Positions 61,001 through 64,000 of a stretch of DNA of 64,000 bases are shown one piece after another. Source of the DNA: Verrucomicrobiaceae bacterium (GTDB lineage: Bacteria; Verrucomicrobiota; Verrucomicrobiia; Verrucomicrobiales; Akkermansiaceae). Location of the stretch: contig JBPOGH010000002.1 of the NCBI GenBank assembly GCA_051252135.1, positions 288,001 through 352,000 of the forward strand, in the 5' to 3' direction. The notes under the pieces are model-generated. The model searched no databases. It had not been told where the DNA came from and worked only from the letters and a program-made list of their open reading frames with translations. Made by a program: the position numbers and the translations under genes. Numbering within the stretch: the stretch's first letter is position 1; every line of letters starts with the position of its first letter.

Positions 61001-61373
61001 AGAAGCTCCGCCGGTGGACTTTGACAATGACGGGCTTTCGGATGCCGAGGAGACGTCCCTTGGGACGAATCCGGCGTTGGCTGACACCGATGGTGATGGG
61101 GCGGGGGATGGTGCGGAAGTGGTGGCGGGGACCGATCCGCTGGATTCGGGTTCCTTTTTCCACATTGTGTCGATTGGTCCGGGAGCGGGATTGAACGAAG
61201 TGACGGTGAGCTGGAATTCGGTTCCCGGAAAGACCTACACCCTGCAGACCAACCTTCCGATCTCGGGTTCCTGGGCGGATGTGGGAACGGTGGTGGCGAC
61301 AGGGACGCTAACTTCTGCGACCCATGTGAGCATCAACATGCAACGATTCTATCGCGTCAAGGTGGTTGAATAG
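55083..61373 (+). CDS. Very large secreted multi-lamin-tail + divergent CotH kinase + PKD + TSP3-like protein
   Basis: Signal peptide; about five LTD repeats (VFSEVMY, VINEV, LNEV, INELM, LTEMMY); GELYRID, DDWDT..RNRGKNGY, IQWDSD; DASASYDPEG (PKD); DFDNDGLSD and DTDGDG. Confidence 0.85.
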   Translation: MKLFGILSVSISLLPSFLSAEQVVFSEVMYHPPVGGYEFVEVRNLTATPFDIAEWELSGGADYVFPVFGTGAASDSFLKAFEYVVICETDPATFRAAYGLPNAVRVFGPWTGSLANGGERISLKDMNGVIRCSMRYDDRHPWPVSADGAGHSLVLADTSRAIDDYRVWRASASATPTPGSSEPEAAEEAFPNPEVNLSSGIPFVEYGDKWSFNDQNLDLGTTWKDAAYAFTHAGWTMENDAGNNGGLYGFESSALPAPGIQTGLLNSDTNANHITYYFRKEFTYTGATSGAAVTVDMINDDSAYFYLNGTPIGGLGTTANAGWKATAGRTVTNAVEELGVASNNGSALVVGTNVIAAEVHQVNDSSSDCVFGARLSIAAPSAPSVVINEVLPAVAGFVEFYNPTGATIDLGGWYLSDDPGNLTKYQIPGNLLVTASGLASVGYTESSLSISANTAVYLTQSNGTSVSNAISAAMPLDGRSLGRKADGTNSWYLFTQPTRDASNSSASSDFSLKLNEVHFDGAGNVDWVELFNPGTASVSTSGLFLASLEDFSDKVALGASIGAKGYFSQTASFAVVGGSVTLYLVDSSNNVLDAAFIERVDPRAYSAAYPDGSGDFYASIGGTQNATNNPTRETHIVINELMVDPPSGHRDGEFIELFNKGPGAVDLSGWEFDQGVNFVFPTGTVIPSGGYVVIAANAGMTSAAHSGVTVVGEYSGELSNGGELLRLVDAWGNVADQLHYHTGGSWPLLAGGLGSSLELRHPEMDNSVGTSWRDSDESDKSTFQSYSLTENYEQLTTRGGVSDYKELHIQCVGDSHLAFKNMSLIRNGSGSNILPGSGGTVVTNGSAATGWLCQGTHYASKIENGEFHVISDGHGDVKANRCEIDVTQINDDDSLTLTFDARWISGKPTVLIETWDRSFGGIFYLPVPDDLGTPGAVNSTALSGAAPAVSGLIHRPAVPTSSDPVVVTAKVSGASSVNLRHRLDSTSGAGAYGTTTMFDDGTSGGDELANDGIFTATLTQYQSDNTIVQFYVEASSAGATTVQPAMAPEKPAMWVVDNTNHPNDLRTQRFVVSAQDVSASGQTGDSGTFNYAFPRLSNHYFNATFIGDEKEIIYNCEFRKSGSPWTRPNGSDFGRAKWKTPGDYRFRGYSKRAIDNDAGGGRSYHNRIVRYWLYLFGHAANENEFVRVIINGGSSALREDVEPNATDFLKRNWEDGQKGELYRIDDEWWFDDGWGRQNRNADWGYKGTYEPERYSSEWIKRSREAEYDYSSFINWTEKVGGNSFTRDEIERMADIDMMAANAAVRGWVDDWDTLTRNRGKNGYFLRRATDGKWMLIQWDSDNTFGNSNAAFIGGLAGVQNFFGKPYVQQRFNYYLGRMVDDYTAGSSRLAAWHQVEEDASTSYGANTGTYTSWNTNRVPRANTEIGSALTANFNVTTGTGTSASTSAETFSLSGTSSYEAFEIRAVGHPEAVWEFGSETGWTLSNIQLREGANAVVVQAVNSSGEVVGSETFTINKSGNAFPVVEMDGSPGSFNASVNDSFGIDASASYDPEGTGLTFGWSVSPSAAITVINPGVAEFGFSAPGLYAITLTVTDGDSQQTAVTREVAVYAESGWTSFGSPVLSSHWTAENVEVRDGFSPSASYSLDDVPSSLILKLEADAAKPLTMSSPNMPWIYRDLPVSEDFSLHTDVALDSVQQGNFMTGLLVEVEEGGSPVRYAFGMEDGDFLRVRRATGSGYTQLASLSWTEGDAVIRVRRSGSQLYFDYRNEPGVWTNLLTRFVPANTEAVQGGIFAATDSASSLRLEFDYVLLVDPSATSETLAHFRLTEMMYNPVGGGQLEFLEFMNTGVDPLLIQSVSLDDTNPFAPFTFENVTLAPGERGVIVSDTTSFQAEYGMGPRVLAQWSSGALSNGGEQVVVRDPLGNIIHQFTYDNNAPWPVAADGGGSSLEVIDTEGDYNDPANWRASSVPGGTPGEAPPVDFDNDGLSDAEETSLGTNPALADTDGDGAGDGAEVVAGTDPLDSGSFFHIVSIGPGAGLNEVTVSWNSVPGKTYTLQTNLPISGSWADVGTVVATGTLTSATHVSINMQRFYRVKVVE

Positions 61374-61436
61374 TGAGTGTATCGGGTGTTAAGTCATCAG
61401 AAGAGGGCAGGCTTGATCTGCCCCCGACTCCATCAA

Positions 61437-63662
61437 ATGTTAAGAAGGTTTGCGCAGATTGCCGTGGTCATCCTTGGGATGACTCCGCTGGCGTCTGCCC
61501 AAGTGATTCGTGCGACGGAGTCCGGAAAAAACTGTGTGGCCTTTCCCACGCAGCCGGGGACGTATGCGGTGCTTTACCGGTCGTCTGATATGGTGAAGTG
61601 GTGGCCGGTGGGGATGACGCGAAGTTCGCCTTTTGGAGATGTGCGGGTGGTCAAGGATACGGTGCAACCGGCGAAGAAGGCGTTTTATGAAGTGCGGTTT
61701 GCGCCATTGCACCTGCCCTTTGATACGGATGGGGATGGGGCTGATGATTTTACGGAATTGCGCTCAGGGGCGTGGTTGAATCCGGCGCTACCGGTGGCGG
61801 CGGAAAGCGGGGGGCACACGCTTGCGAGTCAGGAAGTCTATGACCGGATGGCAAAGCGGGATAATTTTCCCGGGGCGCAAAATGTGCGGGAGGTGAAGTT
61901 TCTCATCACCGATGTGCGGACGAATCCGAGGTTGTATTTTCTGAACGTTAACCAGCACCAGTTTCACTATGACTTTGCCCGCAACGCGATCGGGCTTCAT
62001 GCGAATCTCAACTACTGGACCGGGTTGAGTGTGTTCAATGCCCAGACCTATTTCACATCGGCCCGAAGTAATTTGGCGGGGTCGTTGGTGTATCACGAAA
62101 ACTACATTGGGCCGGATGGGAAGCGGGGAATTTTCACATTGGAGTTTTGGCCGACCGATCCGGTGGAGTTCAAGTATATCGAAGTGGCTTATGAGATGGT
62201 GGCGGCGAATGCGCCCTTTATCGATCGGCTGGTTTATCATGCGCCGAGCGAGACCCAGCGGCAGGTGCAGATTGATCAAGCGGCGGAGTTTGCGAACTCG
62301 GCAGTGAGGTCGATCGATACGGACGATTTGTTTTCGAGCACGGATTACACGCCGATGAACCAGCAATCGGCTTATGGGAAACTGACGCTGGCTGACGGGG
62401 TGGACACGCTCTCGGCCCGGGACATTGTGATCTTTCGGAATTTGCCGAACGACCTGACGAAGGTGGCGGGGATTATTACGGAGGTGCCACAGACTCCGTT
62501 ATCGCACGTGAACCTGAAGGCGCGGCAGAACAACACGCCGAATGCCTACATTGCGAATGCGGGAACGCATCCCGACATTGCGCCGTTTTTGGGGGAGAAT
62601 GTCTTTTATGAAGTGAGGCCGGACGGGTTTGAGATTCGGTTGGCGACGCAGGATGAGGTGGATGAATTTTTTGAATCGATTCGTCCGACGGAGCCGAGTT
62701 TTCCGAGGCGCAATCTGGCGATTCAAGATATCCGTCCGTTGGGCGGGATTCGATTTGCGCAGACGGATGCCTTTGGCGGGAAGACGACCAATTTGGCGGA
62801 GTTGCAGCGGATCCTGCCACGGAACACGCCCAATGGATTTGGGGTTCCCTTTTACTATTATGACGAGTTCATGAAGCACAACGGGTTTTATGATGAAGCC
62901 CGGTTGATGATGGCTGATCCGGAGTTCCAGAGTGATCCGGCGGTGCGGAAGGATCGTCTGAAGGCGTTCCGGACGGCGATGAAGAAGAGCAGCACGATGC
63001 CGGCGTGGATGTTCGATGATTTAACGAGGCTGCAGGGGCTTTTTCCGCCTGCGGTGACGCCGCGGTTGCGCTCAAGTGCGAATGCGGAGGACTCGGTGGA
63101 GTTTAACGGGGCGGGGCTTTACGATTCGTATACGCACAAGGAGGATGAGGGTCACATTTCGAAAAGTGTGCTGCAGGTGTGGGCGAGCCTTTGGAATTAC
63201 CGGGCGTGGGAGGAGCGGGAGTTTTACCGGATTGATCATCTGGCTTCGGCGATGGGGATCCTGGTGCATCCGAACTTTAAGAATGAGCAGGCCAATGGGG
63301 TGGCGGTGGCACGGAACATTTTTGATCCGAACTGGGAGGGTTACTACATCAACGTGCAGATCGGGGAGGATTTGGTGACGAATCCGGATGCGGATTCGAC
63401 GCCGGAGGAGATGCTGGTGGCGAGTCTGGCGACCTCGGAGTATGAGATTCAATACATCCGTTCGTCCAATCAGCTGCCTGCGGGAGAGCGGGTGCTGACG
63501 AGGGCGCAGGTGCTGGATTTGGTGTCGAAGATGCGACTTCTCAACAGTTACTTTGATAGCCTGTATCCGGGGTTTGATCCGAACTTTGCGATGGAGATCG
63601 AGTTTAAGATTACGGCGACGGGAGACCTGGTGATCAAGCAGGCGCGGCCCTGGGTGGATTAG
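61437..63662 (+). CDS. Secreted PEP/pyruvate-binding (PPDK_N ATP-grasp) dikinase-like protein with upstream phospho-His motif
   Basis: Signal peptide; TPLSHVNLKAR; FGGKTTNL, RSSANAED..FNGAGLYDS, VWASLW, EIEFK, KQARP at the extreme C-terminus. Confidence 0.85.
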   Translation: MLRRFAQIAVVILGMTPLASAQVIRATESGKNCVAFPTQPGTYAVLYRSSDMVKWWPVGMTRSSPFGDVRVVKDTVQPAKKAFYEVRFAPLHLPFDTDGDGADDFTELRSGAWLNPALPVAAESGGHTLASQEVYDRMAKRDNFPGAQNVREVKFLITDVRTNPRLYFLNVNQHQFHYDFARNAIGLHANLNYWTGLSVFNAQTYFTSARSNLAGSLVYHENYIGPDGKRGIFTLEFWPTDPVEFKYIEVAYEMVAANAPFIDRLVYHAPSETQRQVQIDQAAEFANSAVRSIDTDDLFSSTDYTPMNQQSAYGKLTLADGVDTLSARDIVIFRNLPNDLTKVAGIITEVPQTPLSHVNLKARQNNTPNAYIANAGTHPDIAPFLGENVFYEVRPDGFEIRLATQDEVDEFFESIRPTEPSFPRRNLAIQDIRPLGGIRFAQTDAFGGKTTNLAELQRILPRNTPNGFGVPFYYYDEFMKHNGFYDEARLMMADPEFQSDPAVRKDRLKAFRTAMKKSSTMPAWMFDDLTRLQGLFPPAVTPRLRSSANAEDSVEFNGAGLYDSYTHKEDEGHISKSVLQVWASLWNYRAWEEREFYRIDHLASAMGILVHPNFKNEQANGVAVARNIFDPNWEGYYINVQIGEDLVTNPDADSTPEEMLVASLATSEYEIQYIRSSNQLPAGERVLTRAQVLDLVSKMRLLNSYFDSLYPGFDPNFAMEIEFKITATGDLVIKQARPWVD

Positions 63663-63703
63663 TGGGGGCAAGGAGTTGGGGGGCGGAAAGATGCGCCCGG
63701 GTT

Positions 63704-63908
63704 ATACCACTCCGAGTTCCAAAATAGCGGAATGTTTGTTTTAAGGGCTCATTTTTGAACAGCACTTTGTGGAGTTGATCAAGCCGAGCGCTTTCTTGAG
63801 ATAGCGGCGTTTTTCCTCGGTTGTGGTCTCCAGACCACGCCCTCGTCATGCCTTGCTCTCTCAAGAAATCACTTCGGCATTCCGCTATTTTGAAACTCTA
63901 CTTGGTAT
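63704..63908. mobile_element. ~205-bp palindromic non-coding element (MITE/ERIC-like)
   Basis: 31-bp imperfect terminal inverted repeats (ataccactccgagttccaaaatagcggaatg / cattccgctattttgaaactctacttggtat) with nested tttcttgaga/tctcaagaaa and gtggtc/gaccac stems. Confidence 0.7.
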
Positions 63909-64000
63909 TAGTTCGTAGTGAGGGGATGCGATGTGCCCCTGTCCTGTCACTGCTCATTTCGAGCGTGGCTTTGGCATTTCCGGATAGTCCGGTGCCGAAG

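Noticed and set aside
63634..63864. 76-aa minus-strand ORF
   Set aside because: Lies within the palindromic element and overlaps the dikinase stop; no coding features.

Overview
High-GC bacterial chromosome window, very likely from a Verrucomicrobiaceae/Akkermansiaceae-type verrucomicrobium. This is inferred from four PEP-CTERM proteins, three lamin-tail/CotH giants, a Rhodopirellula/Verrucomicrobium-type ECF sigma with FecR, and a sulfatase. Positions 1-34 kb are mostly accessory, secreted and surface genes. Positions 34-55 kb are mostly housekeeping (rph, rpsN, msrB, phoBR-like, glmM-glmU-like-glmS, purN, trpB, yaaA, DEAD helicase). Positions 55-64 kb hold a secreted kinase pair and a palindromic MITE-like element. 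The most notable observations are: (1) a signal-peptide-bearing dikinase with plant glucan-water-dikinase domain order (phospho-His motif before a C-terminal ATP-grasp domain) directly behind a 2,000-aa CotH kinase; (2) a conserved bipartite motif GTTAGA-N13-GGNAGT upstream of the ECF sigma and of both neighbouring PEP-CTERM transcription units, a candidate self-contained surface-signalling regulon with no TonB receptor; (3) an integrase-less integron cassette bounded by two attC-like sites with complementary core sites, a Pc-like promoter and two decayed toxin-antitoxin modules; (4) an acetyltransferase-only GlmU in the glm operon. No rRNA, tRNA or CRISPR array was seen. All calls come from reading motifs by eye; no database searches were run.
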